Part shown: one piece after another, positions 38,148 to 47,527 of the stretch
Layout: each line of letters starts with the position of its first letter
How positions within the stretch are numbered: position 1 is the first letter of the stretch
DNA from: Clostridia bacterium
GTDB lineage: Bacteria > Bacillota > Clostridia > Oscillospirales > CAG-272
NCBI GenBank assembly: GCA_017462385.1
Contig: JAFTRE010000024.1
Location: forward strand, 48,925-112,924
Direction of reading: 5' to 3'
Length of the DNA: 64,000 bases
Notes under the pieces: model-generated
Told to the model about the DNA's origin: nothing
The model's database searches: none
Seen by the model: only the letters and a program-made list of their open reading frames with translations
Position numbers and translations under genes: made by a program

Positions 38148-38930
38148 ATGAATACGGTAAACGATAATTCCTCAAATCCCTCGCCACAGCCCGAGCATAG
38201 ACGTTTAAGCCGATATATTTTGGCAGTAGTTGCGGCACTGTTGCTTTTGCTGGTAATATGGGGAATATGTACGGTTGTCGGGGCGTTTGCCACGGTCGGA
38301 AAAATAGTTGTAAAAGGCGAGTCGCCGTATGCCGAGGATCGGATCATTGCTGTGTCGGGGATCGAGACGGGAATGAGAAAAAACAAAATAAACGCGGAGG
38401 TTGCAGAAACCGAAATACTCAACAATCTTCCTTGTATATCCGAGGTAAATATTCGCAAAAAGCTTGGCGGTGTGATAGAGATACGCATTACATCGGAAAA
38501 TGTTAGGTATTTGACGAGCATTGCGGATGATTATTACGTTGTTTCCGATAGTTTTCGCTTGCTGGGGCTTTCGGGTACTGTGGCGGCGAACGATAGCATA
38601 GTGATGATATCTTTGCCGTTTGTCAAACGTGCCATTGTAGGGCAACGGATAGAATATTATGAGGATACCGAATATATCGGCGAGTTTGTGTCAGTTCTTG
38701 AGGACTCAGAGCTTGACGGCGGTATCGATTCGATAGATGTATCGGATAAATATAAGCTCGAAGTGTTATATGACGGCAAATACACAATACGAATAGGCGA
38801 GCTGAAAAACATGGACGAAAAGTTGCGCATGATATACCTTATGCTTGAGGATGAGGTGCTTTCCGAAGGTATAGCGGCTATATTCGATGTTTCCGATATT
38901 TCAAAACCCACAATTCAGCCTATAAGATAA
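38148..38930 (+). CDS. ftsQ: Cell division protein FtsQ/DivIB (POTRA-containing)
   Basis: Lies after murG. Single TM (ILAVVAALLLLLVIWGI) followed by a POTRA-like region (KIVVKGESPYAEDRII). Confidence 0.7.
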   Translation: MNTVNDNSSNPSPQPEHRRLSRYILAVVAALLLLLVIWGICTVVGAFATVGKIVVKGESPYAEDRIIAVSGIETGMRKNKINAEVAETEILNNLPCISEVNIRKKLGGVIEIRITSENVRYLTSIADDYYVVSDSFRLLGLSGTVAANDSIVMISLPFVKRAIVGQRIEYYEDTEYIGEFVSVLEDSELDGGIDSIDVSDKYKLEVLYDGKYTIRIGELKNMDEKLRMIYLMLEDEVLSEGIAAIFDVSDISKPTIQPIR

Positions 38931-38950
38931 TGTATCATAAAACAAAAAAC

Positions 38951-38984
38951 ATCGGCGCCCGTATCTTCGGGTGCCGATTTTGTG
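38951..38984 (+). terminator. Intrinsic terminator after ftsQ
   Basis: ATCGGCGCCCG-TATCTT-CGGGTGCCGAT followed by TTTT. Confidence 0.65.
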
Positions 38985-39149
38985 ATATATAAGGTGCCCA
39001 AAAAGATTAAAATACAACATTTTGTGTTGTAAAACGGCATTTGACACCACAAGTTGTGTCAAACGCGTGTTGCAAATCAAAAAAATCAGCCTCAAAAACA
39101 ATGAAATTTAATGAAAAGAGACGAGTTATTTTAAATTGTGGAAAAGATA

Positions 39150-39178
39150 TTGCAAAATTCTTGAAAATATATTATTAT
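39150..39178 (+). promoter_or_regulatory. Candidate ftsZ promoter
   Basis: TTGCAA, 17 nt, TATTAT in a 324-nt AT-rich intergenic region. Other registers are possible. Confidence 0.3.
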
Positions 39179-39254
39179 TATATATGAGAAAAACGACCGT
39201 GTATTTGTGCGCGGCGGACAAAATACAGATTGTATAAAGCAGGAGGATTTTCAG

Positions 39255-40511
39255 ATGACATTTGAACATGATGATGCCCTTGAGACAAGTAGCGTGAATA
39301 TTAAGGTAATAGGTGTTGGCGGCGGCGGTAACAATGCGGTAAACCGTATGATCTCCACCAACATTCGCGGCGTTCAGTTCGTATCTATCAATACAGACCG
39401 TCAGGCGCTTCGCCGTTCTGACGCTCCCAACCAGCTTGTGATCGGCGAAAAGATCACAAAAGGCTTCGGTGCAGGCGCAAATCCCGCTATTGGTGCGCGC
39501 GCTGCCGAAGAGTCCATTGAAGAGATCAAAGCAATGTTGGCAGGCTCCGATATGGTATTCGTAACGTCCGGTATGGGCGGCGGTACCGGTACCGGTGCGG
39601 CTCCTATCGTTGCCAAGGTCGCAAAGGAAATGGATATACTGACTGTAGGTATCGTTACAAAGCCTTTTGCATTCGAGAGTAAAAAGAGAATGGATCAGGC
39701 AGAGGAGGGCATTGCAGAGCTGAGCCAGTATGTTGATTCGCTCGTTGTCATTCCCAATGAAAGACTGAAGCAGGTCTCCGAGACTCGCATCACTCTTACC
39801 AATGCTTTTGAGATCGCTGACGATGTACTTCGCCGCGGTGTTCAGAGTATTTCCGAGCTCATAAATGTTCCTGAATATATCAACCTTGATTTTGCCGACG
39901 TGACATCTGTTATGAGCAACGCCGGATATGCTCACATGGGTGTTGGCAGTGCTACCGGTAAGGATAAAGCCGAGCTGGCAGCAAAGGCGGCTATTTCCAG
40001 CCCGTTGCTTGAGACATCTATTAAGGGTGCTCGCGGTATACTTATCAGTATTTCCGGTTCTCCCGACATCGGACTTGAAGATGTCGACCTTGCTTGTAAC
40101 ATGGTATATAACGAGGCTCATCCCGATGCAAACGTCATTTGGGGATGTGCGCTTGATCCGGAGCTTGAGGATGAAATGCGCATAACTATCATTGCCACCG
40201 GCTTTGAGAAAAAGCCCGAGGATATGATTAATAACCAGAGAAGACCTGCGTTCGGCGCACCCGTATCGGCACCCGCAACTCCCGCGGCTCCTGTAGCTCC
40301 CGTTGAGCCTGTTGTTGAGACTCCTGTTGCGGAGCCCGAGGTCAAGGCAGCTGAGGTGGCAGCGCCTACTGCAAACGAGGCTGTTGAGGATAAGAAAAAG
40401 ATACTTGCCGAGTCATTTGCAGAAGAGGTTGACGGAGACAGCACTATATCCGACAGCGATTTTGCAGAGATCATGAGCATTCTTCGCAAATCCAGAAACC
40501 GCAATAAATAA
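39255..40511 (+). CDS. ftsZ: Cell division GTPase FtsZ
   Basis: IKVIGVGGGGNNAVNRM and the tubulin signature GGGTGTGAAP. Pro/Ala/Val/Glu-rich linker and a conserved C-terminal peptide (DFAEIMSILRK). AGGAGG RBS before ATG 39255. Confidence 0.95.
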   Translation: MTFEHDDALETSSVNIKVIGVGGGGNNAVNRMISTNIRGVQFVSINTDRQALRRSDAPNQLVIGEKITKGFGAGANPAIGARAAEESIEEIKAMLAGSDMVFVTSGMGGGTGTGAAPIVAKVAKEMDILTVGIVTKPFAFESKKRMDQAEEGIAELSQYVDSLVVIPNERLKQVSETRITLTNAFEIADDVLRRGVQSISELINVPEYINLDFADVTSVMSNAGYAHMGVGSATGKDKAELAAKAAISSPLLETSIKGARGILISISGSPDIGLEDVDLACNMVYNEAHPDANVIWGCALDPELEDEMRITIIATGFEKKPEDMINNQRRPAFGAPVSAPATPAAPVAPVEPVVETPVAEPEVKAAEVAAPTANEAVEDKKKILAESFAEEVDGDSTISDSDFAEIMSILRKSRNRNK

Positions 40512-40540
40512 TAATCATACGCCGTAGTGTCGGTATTGTT

Positions 40541-40579
40541 AAAGTCACCTTGAGTTTATAAGCTCGAGGTGACTTTTGC
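40541..40579 (+). terminator. Intrinsic terminator after ftsZ
   Basis: AAAGTCACCTTGAG-loop-CTCGAGGTGACTTT followed by TGC. The U-tract forms part of the stem end. Confidence 0.6.
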
Positions 40580-40649
40580 AATATACTGTTTAGGATTATT
40601 TAAAATGGCTGTATTATTTAAAAAAACGGCTACGTGAGGGATCGATATA

Positions 40650-40678
40650 TTGCACCGTTTGTTATTAAATGATATAAT
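40650..40678 (+). promoter_or_regulatory. Putative strong sigma-A promoter of the nucleoside hydrolase-GH20-PHP operon
   Basis: TTGCAC, 17 nt, TATAAT, with an extended -10 (TGATATAAT). Confidence 0.55.
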
Positions 40679-40720
40679 AAATAATCGAAATATAGCTATA
40701 TAAAAGGGGAACCGACAATT

Positions 40721-41608
40721 ATGCATAAAATACTTGATGAGATAAAAAGTGCATCTGTCAAAAACATAATTCTTGATACGGACACTTATAATGAAATAGA
40801 CGATCAGTTTGCGCTGGCATATGCAATGCTTTCGCCCGAACGCATTAAAGTGTTATCGGTAAATGCGGCACCGTTTCTCAATTCGCGTTCAACATCTCCT
40901 GCCGACGGCATGATGAAAAGCTATAATGAGATCGCCAATATAATGAAGCTGGTAGACCCGGATGCCATGATACCGTATTATAAGGGTTCCGAGCGTTTTC
41001 TGACAGATAAATCAAAGCCCGTGGAATCCGAAGCGGCAGACAATATAATCAATACCGTTATGAATTCCGACGAGCGTGTTTATATTGTTGCAATCGGAGC
41101 AATCACAAATGTGGCGTCGGCTATTATCAAATGCCCGGAGATCGCCTCAAAGACGGTACTTATATGGCTTGGAGGTCACGCATTTACATATAAGGATACA
41201 AAAGAATTCAATCTTTATCAAGATGTGATGTCGGCACAGGTCGTTTTTGACTCAGGAATACCGCTTGTTCAGATTCCCTGCAACGGCGTTTGCAGTGAGT
41301 TCAGAACAACTATACCCGAGCTTGAATATTATCTGCGTGGCAAAAATGACTTGTGCGATTATCTTGTGGATATTGTTAGCTCCTATGCCCAAAAACCTTA
41401 CGGTTGGTCTAAAGTAGTATGGGATGTTACTGCTGTAGCGGTGCTGACCCAACCTGCTGCGTTGAGTTATGCCATTGTTCCGCGCCCATATGTTACGAGC
41501 GAGTTCCGATATGCTTTTGATATGCAACGGGAGCATTACATATATGTGAACAAATTGTCCCGTGACCAGATATTTGCAGACTTGTTTAAAAAGCTTTCAA
41601 ATAAATAA
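40721..41608 (+). CDS. Nucleoside hydrolase (IUNH family)
   Basis: N-terminal Asp cluster ILDTDTYNEIDDQFALAYAM (DxDxxxDD). 295 aa. Confidence 0.8.
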   Translation: MHKILDEIKSASVKNIILDTDTYNEIDDQFALAYAMLSPERIKVLSVNAAPFLNSRSTSPADGMMKSYNEIANIMKLVDPDAMIPYYKGSERFLTDKSKPVESEAADNIINTVMNSDERVYIVAIGAITNVASAIIKCPEIASKTVLIWLGGHAFTYKDTKEFNLYQDVMSAQVVFDSGIPLVQIPCNGVCSEFRTTIPELEYYLRGKNDLCDYLVDIVSSYAQKPYGWSKVVWDVTAVAVLTQPAALSYAIVPRPYVTSEFRYAFDMQREHYIYVNKLSRDQIFADLFKKLSNK

Positions 41609-41673
41609 AATATTGACCGCGATGCAATGTGTTGAACATGGCCGGTTGCGGTTTCAGGAAAGGATGGTTATAA

Positions 41674-43551
41674 ATGTCCCACATAATCAACGTAAAAGGT
41701 CTTGATGAAAGACTTTCGCGCGGTGTCTCATATGTAGCGCCACAGCTCGGATTGGAATTGTCTTGTTGTGACGGCGCGGAGATTCGTACTGTCAAATGTG
41801 ATAAGCTCGCCGTCGAAAGGGACGGGGAGGCTGTTGTAATTTCGTATGTTAAGGAGCATCAACTGTTCCGTATGCTCTCCTATCTGCCCAAGATCCTTGA
41901 TGGGGGAGAGGAAATACATGAAAACGCTAATTTCAGTATGCTTTGCTATATGGCAGATATGTCGCGAAATGCAGTGTATAATATGCCAACGGCAAAAAGA
42001 ATGCTTCGCTATTTGGCACTGATGGGATATGACAGCATTATGTTGTATACCGAGGATACATTTGAATTGCCGGATTATCCTTATTTCGGTCATATGCGTG
42101 GTCGCTTTTCCAAGGATGAACTAAAGGAAATAGATGATTATGCATGTGATCTGGGGCTTGAGGTCATTCCGTGTGTTCAGACCCTTGCGCATCTTACCAC
42201 GGCGCTTCGTTGGCCAGGATTTGCCTTTAAGGACACCGATGACATACTTATGGTTGGCGATGACCGTACATATGCTTTTATCGATGCTATTATGAAGGTG
42301 TGTGCCGAGTGTTTCCGTTCTCGTCGTATTAATATTGGTATGGACGAGGCGCATATGTTGGCGCGCGGCAATTATTTGCTTAAGAATGGCTATCGTCCGT
42401 CATCAGAGGTAATGTTGGAGCATCTTGAACGTGTCGTAAAGATATGCGCGGATAACGGTTTCCATCCGATGATATGGAGCGATATGTTCTTCCGCATGGC
42501 ATTTAACGGACAGTATCGTGTTCGCGAAGGGGAGATCGCGCAGGATATTATAAATAAAGTTCCGCCAAACTTGACGCTTATTTATTGGGACTATTATTCG
42601 CTTGACTCGGATATTTTTTCTCATATGTTGGACTGTCATCTGAAATTTAATAATCCCATAACCTTTGCAGGCGGCGCATGGAAATGGTACGGCTTTGCTC
42701 CCCACAATCGATTTTCGATTGCTTCCACCAAAATGCAGCTTGATGTCTGTGCCGACAGAGGAGTGGACAGCGTGATAGTTACATCGTGGGGAGATAACGG
42801 CGGAGAGGCATCACAGTTTTCGTCGCTGTCCTCAATGATATATTTTGCAGAACGCGGGTATTCTGCATCGGTAGATGATGCGAATCTTGAAGCTCGCTGC
42901 CTTGATTGCTTCGGTATCGGATATGAGGCGTTGTTGACAATGGACGCACCTAACGAGCTACCCGGAGTGTCGGTTGAGATAGGCAGACCTGTCAATCCCA
43001 GCAGATATTTGCTGTTTAACGACCCGCTTGAAGGTTTGCTTGACGTTCACATGAAAGCAGATGAGACGCCCGCCGGCTTTGCGCATTGCGCTGAACGGCT
43101 GTTCAAATATCGTGATGATCCTAATTTCGGTTACATATACGAAACGCTCGGTAAGCTTTGCGTTTTACTCGCAGACAAGTGCGATGTGAGTATACGCGCG
43201 AGAAAATATTATGCGGACGGCGATAAAGCGGCGCTTACAGATCTTGCCGAGCAAAAAATACCGGTTATGATCGAAGAACTGGATGACTTTATAGCCACAT
43301 TCCGCCGACAGTGGTATGATGAAAACAAAACATTTGGTTTTTCGACTCAAGAGCTACGTCTTGGCGGACTCAAAGAAAGACTCAGCTCCATGGCGCTCCG
43401 CCTTTCCGATTATGTTGACGGAAAAATAGATCGCATCGAGGAATTGGAGCAACCGGTATTGTCTTTTGATGGTAAAAAATACGACGAAAACAGCTTTCCG
43501 TATATCAGCAATATGCTTTGGAACCGTTGTGTAACAGGCTGTATTCTTTGA
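41674..43551 (+). CDS. Glycoside hydrolase family 20-like beta-N-acetylhexosaminidase, no signal peptide
   Basis: TIM-barrel motifs MLYTEDTFE, EVIPCVQTLAHL and INIGMDEAH (catalytic Asp-Glu pair). 625 aa with a non-hydrophobic N-terminus. Confidence 0.7.
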   Translation: MSHIINVKGLDERLSRGVSYVAPQLGLELSCCDGAEIRTVKCDKLAVERDGEAVVISYVKEHQLFRMLSYLPKILDGGEEIHENANFSMLCYMADMSRNAVYNMPTAKRMLRYLALMGYDSIMLYTEDTFELPDYPYFGHMRGRFSKDELKEIDDYACDLGLEVIPCVQTLAHLTTALRWPGFAFKDTDDILMVGDDRTYAFIDAIMKVCAECFRSRRINIGMDEAHMLARGNYLLKNGYRPSSEVMLEHLERVVKICADNGFHPMIWSDMFFRMAFNGQYRVREGEIAQDIINKVPPNLTLIYWDYYSLDSDIFSHMLDCHLKFNNPITFAGGAWKWYGFAPHNRFSIASTKMQLDVCADRGVDSVIVTSWGDNGGEASQFSSLSSMIYFAERGYSASVDDANLEARCLDCFGIGYEALLTMDAPNELPGVSVEIGRPVNPSRYLLFNDPLEGLLDVHMKADETPAGFAHCAERLFKYRDDPNFGYIYETLGKLCVLLADKCDVSIRARKYYADGDKAALTDLAEQKIPVMIEELDDFIATFRRQWYDENKTFGFSTQELRLGGLKERLSSMALRLSDYVDGKIDRIEELEQPVLSFDGKKYDENSFPYISNMLWNRCVTGCIL

Positions 43552-43559
43552 GGTGAAAT

Positions 43560-46500
43560 ATGAAAGAAATGCGTTTTTATCATTCGTGTCCCGAATTTAT
43601 ACTTCGCGGATATGATTATGGTGTATCGGTAGTATTGGAAGACAGGGATGCCGATGTAAGCGTTGTTTGGACTGCAGGAGATGTCGGTGACAGCTTAAAG
43701 CTCAGGAAAAACAGTGATTATCACAAGGAAAGCGGCAAGCTGACTGTTTATGGAATAACACTGCCGGCTGTTTCATTTGAAAATGCAGGCGAGCTGAAAT
43801 ATTATTTTGTGTGGGGGGACCGTCGGAGCGACGAATATGTGGTGCGCATTGAGAGTGCGGGCAAAATGCCGCCGCTTGCGGTAACAGAGCTGTACGGCCG
43901 TCCCAAGGGACGCAATGTCACAGTGTTCTTTGAAGTGATGAACCCATCGGCTATGACCGTAGACCTTTATGATTATAAGTTGATGGCGTACAGCGGTGCA
44001 GAGCCCAATGCCGATCAGTATATTTGCTCGCTTGAGCTCGCGCCCGAACAGGGGACGCAGTTACTCAAGCCCTCGGAGGTAGCGGCGCTTTTACCTATCC
44101 TACCTCAGCACCATATGCTGGAGGACGGAAGATTTGCGACAGTTGACGGGTTTATTGAGGCTTGCATGAGTGATTTTCCCAAGCCTGCGTTTGATCTTGC
44201 GGCAGAACGGGAGTCTTTGCGTATAATTCCTGTAGAAGCGTCGACTTATGATGAGAATCTTGGTAAGTATGTGGCGCTTGGCGGCATGGAAAAGCTGCCG
44301 CTAAAGACCGAATGTACAACTCTTGTTATTGCTCCTCGGGACGCTACTGCGGAAAACGGACTTGACACAGCCGTGTTCAGAATGGTATATAATCGCAGTG
44401 AAAAGGGAGACAGAGACACTCCCGTGCGTTATTCGTCATTGTGGACTATAGATGTCAGACACCCGTCGGAAGGAGTTTCCGTTGCACACAGAGCGCTTAT
44501 GTCTCCCGGACGACTTGATCGCGGTCAGGCTATTCCGGATCTTGCGTCGCCTTATCCCGTTATAGTCCCGTTAGATGTTGAAACGGGTTTGGAGTACACG
44601 GAAAATGGGCTGGGGCTCGAATTTACTATTGATGCCAGACATACGGTCGATGCATATATTTATCTGAAAACAGAGGATGGCAAATATTGCAGATACGCCG
44701 CCGAAGAGGATCATAACGGTGTTTGGCGTGTGGAGCTTGATCAATGTGATATATATCGTATGAGCAAGCTGGAGTATGTGATTACCGTATATGACGGTGT
44801 CCGTGCCACGCATCTCGGCACTACTGCGCACCCGCTCTGCACACAGCTTGTAGACCGTTGCGGTCCGTATATCATTGCTACCGAGCCGACGGAGCAATAT
44901 GGATATGACAACAGCCGTACGCCGCAAATCAGTGCTTGCTTTTTTGACGCATCGGGTGTCGATATTGCGAACTCCATAATTTGCGTTGATAAAAAGAATG
45001 TCAGCGGAACGGCAAAATGGAGTTCAAACTGTGTTGTATATACCCCGAATAAGCCGTTGCGCTACGGCAAGCATAGCTTTGAGCTCATGCTGCGCGATAA
45101 GCTTGGAAAGAAGACATATAAACTGGTCAATTTCGAGATATGCAAGCCCGATGCGCTGAATTTCTATCGCGGAGAGGTACACGCCCATACCGCACATTCG
45201 GATGGCATTGCGGGTCCCGAAGAGGCTTATACTTACGCAAGAGAAGTCGGCGGCGTGGATTTCTTTGCGGTTACAGATCACTCGCACTATTTGGATGAGG
45301 AGCTGTATCGTCGTCAGATCAAAACAGCCGATGAATACGATGACCCAGGCAAGTTTGCCGCACTGTACGGCTATGAGATGACATGGAATAATACCTGTGC
45401 TCTGTGGGGTCATGCCAATATTCTCAATGCCGATTGGATGATAGACGATATCAAGGCTTACGGGTTGCCCGAAATATTTGAGCAACTCAAAAAAGATAAA
45501 GGCGCGGTTGCTATGTTCAACCATCCCGGACTTGGTTGGGGCAATTTCCATGACTATGCCCACTATTCTCCCGATGCGGACAGAGCTATGTGCTTGTCCG
45601 AGATCAAGGGCGCGGGGTATGACAGGGAATATGCCAATATGCTGTCTCTCGGCTGGCATGCGTCGCCTGCGTTTAATGAGGATAACCACAGCTATAACTG
45701 GACAACAGCTACACCGTCTACCACATATGTATTGGCACCTGCACTGACGCGTGCCAATATACTTGATGCGTTTAGACGCAGAAGAACCTATTCCACTACA
45801 GATCCCACTATGAAGATAAAATTCCGCATCAATGGCGAGTGGATGGGATCCCGTTTGCAGAATCCGTCGGTACTTAAGGTAGAGGTGGAGGTCTCTACCG
45901 AATCGGAAAACGGTATTGGGAACATAGCGCTTGTCAGCGAGGATAATATTGTCGTGGCTTCGGTGAATGTGGGGGCTTTGCGAGAATACCGTTGGAGCTT
46001 TAAGCTTGATCCCGATTTTGACTATTATTATTTGCGTATAACCTCTGCTGGCAAATATACAGTGACTGCGCCTGTTTGGGTGGAGGGCAGAAATGCATTG
46101 TGTATCAAGCGTTTGGCATATAATTGCGGAGATAGCGACTATAAGCCCAATGTTATAACCGCCAAAGTAAAAAACCTTGCCAATGTCGAGGCAAAGTCTG
46201 TGGTTGTTGATTTTTATTTGACCGCAAACACCGGCTTTGATCTTGAGCGCACAGTCCCTTATCGAACTGTGGTCATGGAGTGCCTGGAATCAGGCAAGGT
46301 GGCGTGCGTTCAGTGTAATTTGCCTAATATTCCGGGAATGAGGCGTGTGTCAGCTATTGTCAGAGGAATGTACGGCAGACGTAAGTATGCCGACACCGCT
46401 ATGGTACTGCTGTCGCCCGTAAAAATTGCCGAGATATTGCCTAAGAGTCCGTCTGTTGAGGATAGGGACGGAAATCTTGTCAGCAACCCGTATTCTTACT

Positions 46501-46961
46501 TCAAGCTTTGCAATATGTCCAATCGCGATATCTCGCTTGACGGATATTATACAAGGCTTTGGACTACTACCGGCAAAGCTCCCACAGAAGATAGAGTGCT
46601 TCATCTGGATGGGCAGACTATCAGGGCCGGTAGTGTGTTGACTGTTTGGATACGGCCCGAAGCAAGCGCATTGGACGTCGAGGATTTCAACAAACATTAT
46701 GGCGTTATGATGACCGAGGGTGAAGACATCATGGTTACATCTGTTAGTGCCATTTCCGCCAAAAAGGATGCGAGAAGACTTGAGCTTATGTTTGAGAAAG
46801 AAACGATTTCTCGCGCGGAGTACAATTTTAAGCAAACTCCGGGAGCCGATATCCACGAGGGCAAGGCGATAACGTATGATGTAACGCCTAATTTGACCGG
46901 AACATCTGCTATGATATCCAATCTTGCGGAGCCTGCACCCGCGGGACATATCAAGAAATAA
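43560..46961 (+). CDS. Large multidomain PHP-domain metallohydrolase (CehA/McbA-like) flanked by lamin-tail-like domains
   Basis: 1133 aa. PHP motifs GEVHAHTAHSDG, FFAVTDHSHY and MFNHPG. LTD-like segments occur near aa 105-170 (VTELYGRP...FFEVMN) and aa 955-1060 (IAEILPKSP...YFKLCN). An Ig-like segment lies before the PHP domain. No signal peptide. Confidence 0.65.
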   Translation: MKEMRFYHSCPEFILRGYDYGVSVVLEDRDADVSVVWTAGDVGDSLKLRKNSDYHKESGKLTVYGITLPAVSFENAGELKYYFVWGDRRSDEYVVRIESAGKMPPLAVTELYGRPKGRNVTVFFEVMNPSAMTVDLYDYKLMAYSGAEPNADQYICSLELAPEQGTQLLKPSEVAALLPILPQHHMLEDGRFATVDGFIEACMSDFPKPAFDLAAERESLRIIPVEASTYDENLGKYVALGGMEKLPLKTECTTLVIAPRDATAENGLDTAVFRMVYNRSEKGDRDTPVRYSSLWTIDVRHPSEGVSVAHRALMSPGRLDRGQAIPDLASPYPVIVPLDVETGLEYTENGLGLEFTIDARHTVDAYIYLKTEDGKYCRYAAEEDHNGVWRVELDQCDIYRMSKLEYVITVYDGVRATHLGTTAHPLCTQLVDRCGPYIIATEPTEQYGYDNSRTPQISACFFDASGVDIANSIICVDKKNVSGTAKWSSNCVVYTPNKPLRYGKHSFELMLRDKLGKKTYKLVNFEICKPDALNFYRGEVHAHTAHSDGIAGPEEAYTYAREVGGVDFFAVTDHSHYLDEELYRRQIKTADEYDDPGKFAALYGYEMTWNNTCALWGHANILNADWMIDDIKAYGLPEIFEQLKKDKGAVAMFNHPGLGWGNFHDYAHYSPDADRAMCLSEIKGAGYDREYANMLSLGWHASPAFNEDNHSYNWTTATPSTTYVLAPALTRANILDAFRRRRTYSTTDPTMKIKFRINGEWMGSRLQNPSVLKVEVEVSTESENGIGNIALVSEDNIVVASVNVGALREYRWSFKLDPDFDYYYLRITSAGKYTVTAPVWVEGRNALCIKRLAYNCGDSDYKPNVITAKVKNLANVEAKSVVVDFYLTANTGFDLERTVPYRTVVMECLESGKVACVQCNLPNIPGMRRVSAIVRGMYGRRKYADTAMVLLSPVKIAEILPKSPSVEDRDGNLVSNPYSYFKLCNMSNRDISLDGYYTRLWTTTGKAPTEDRVLHLDGQTIRAGSVLTVWIRPEASALDVEDFNKHYGVMMTEGEDIMVTSVSAISAKKDARRLELMFEKETISRAEYNFKQTPGADIHEGKAITYDVTPNLTGTSAMISNLAEPAPAGHIKK

Positions 46962-46970
46962 GCAAGACTT

Positions 46971-46994
46971 AACGGATGCCTTTGGGCATCCGTT
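46971..46994 (+). terminator. Hairpin after the PHP-protein gene
   Basis: AACGGATGCC-TTTG-GGCATCCGTT, with a weak U-tract (ATTGTAT). Confidence 0.45.
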
Positions 46995-47006
46995 ATTGTA
47001 TAAAAC

Positions 47007-47041
47007 AAAACAGCGGACACCCTTGGGTGTCCGCTGTTTTG
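47007..47041. terminator. Bidirectional intrinsic terminator (serves rplL and the convergent plus-strand operon)
   Basis: AAAACAGCGGACACCC-TTG-GGTGTCCGCTGTTTT, with an A-tract on one side and a T-tract on the other. Confidence 0.8.
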
Positions 47042-47072
47042 TACAGACAGGATTTTTTGAAAGTACAATAAA

Positions 47073-47453
47073 TTACTTAAGCTCGACAGTAGCGCCTGCT
47101 TCGGTGAGCTGAGCCTTGATGGTCTCAGCCTCTTCCTTGGAAACGCCTTCCTTGATAGCCTTGGGAGCGCCCTCAACGAGGTCCTTAGCGTCCTTCAGGC
47201 CGAGACCGGTGATCTCACGAACGACCTTGATAACGCCAAGCTTGCTGGAACCGAAAGAAGCGAGAATAACGTCAAACTCGGTCTTCTCCTCAGCAGCAGG
47301 AGCAGCGGCACCGGCAGCAGCGCCGGCAACGGCAACGGGAGCAGCAGCGGATACGCCAAACTCCTCCTCAACAGCCTTAACGAGCTCAGAAAGCTCAAGA
47401 ATGGACAGGCCCTTAACGGCCTCAACTATAGCAGTAATCTTTTCAGATGCCAT
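47073..47453 (-). CDS. rplL: 50S ribosomal protein L7/L12
   Basis: [34 protein letters not shown], an Ala-rich hinge, and a C-terminal [15 protein letters not shown] motif. Confidence 0.97.
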   Translation of the reverse strand: MASEKITAIVEAVKGLSILELSELVKAVEEEFGVSAAAPVAVAGAAAGAAAPAAEEKTEFDVILASFGSSKLGVIKVVREITGLGLKDAKDLVEGAPKAIKEGVSKEEAETIKAQLTEAGATVELK

Positions 47454-47527
47454 TTTGAATTACCTCCGAATATAAATGTTTTTTAATTATGCAGATATAT
47501 CTGCGTATGATTTGTTCCGGTATAAAA

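Noticed and set aside
39100-39186. 28-aa ORF (MKFNEKRRVILNCGKDIAKFLKIYYYYI) in the ftsQ-ftsZ spacer.
   Set aside because: It has no RBS, lies in AT-rich promoter-like sequence, and overlaps the candidate ftsZ promoter. It is probably non-coding.
39126-40121. 331-aa ORF antisense to ftsZ. Similar cases: 17839..18825 antisense to pfp, 1406..2485 antisense to the phosphoglucomutase gene, and 45024..45689 and 46350..46949 antisense to the PHP-protein gene.
   Set aside because: The opposite-strand genes have unambiguous family motifs. The antisense products look random (Cys/His/Arg-rich, no domains, no RBS).
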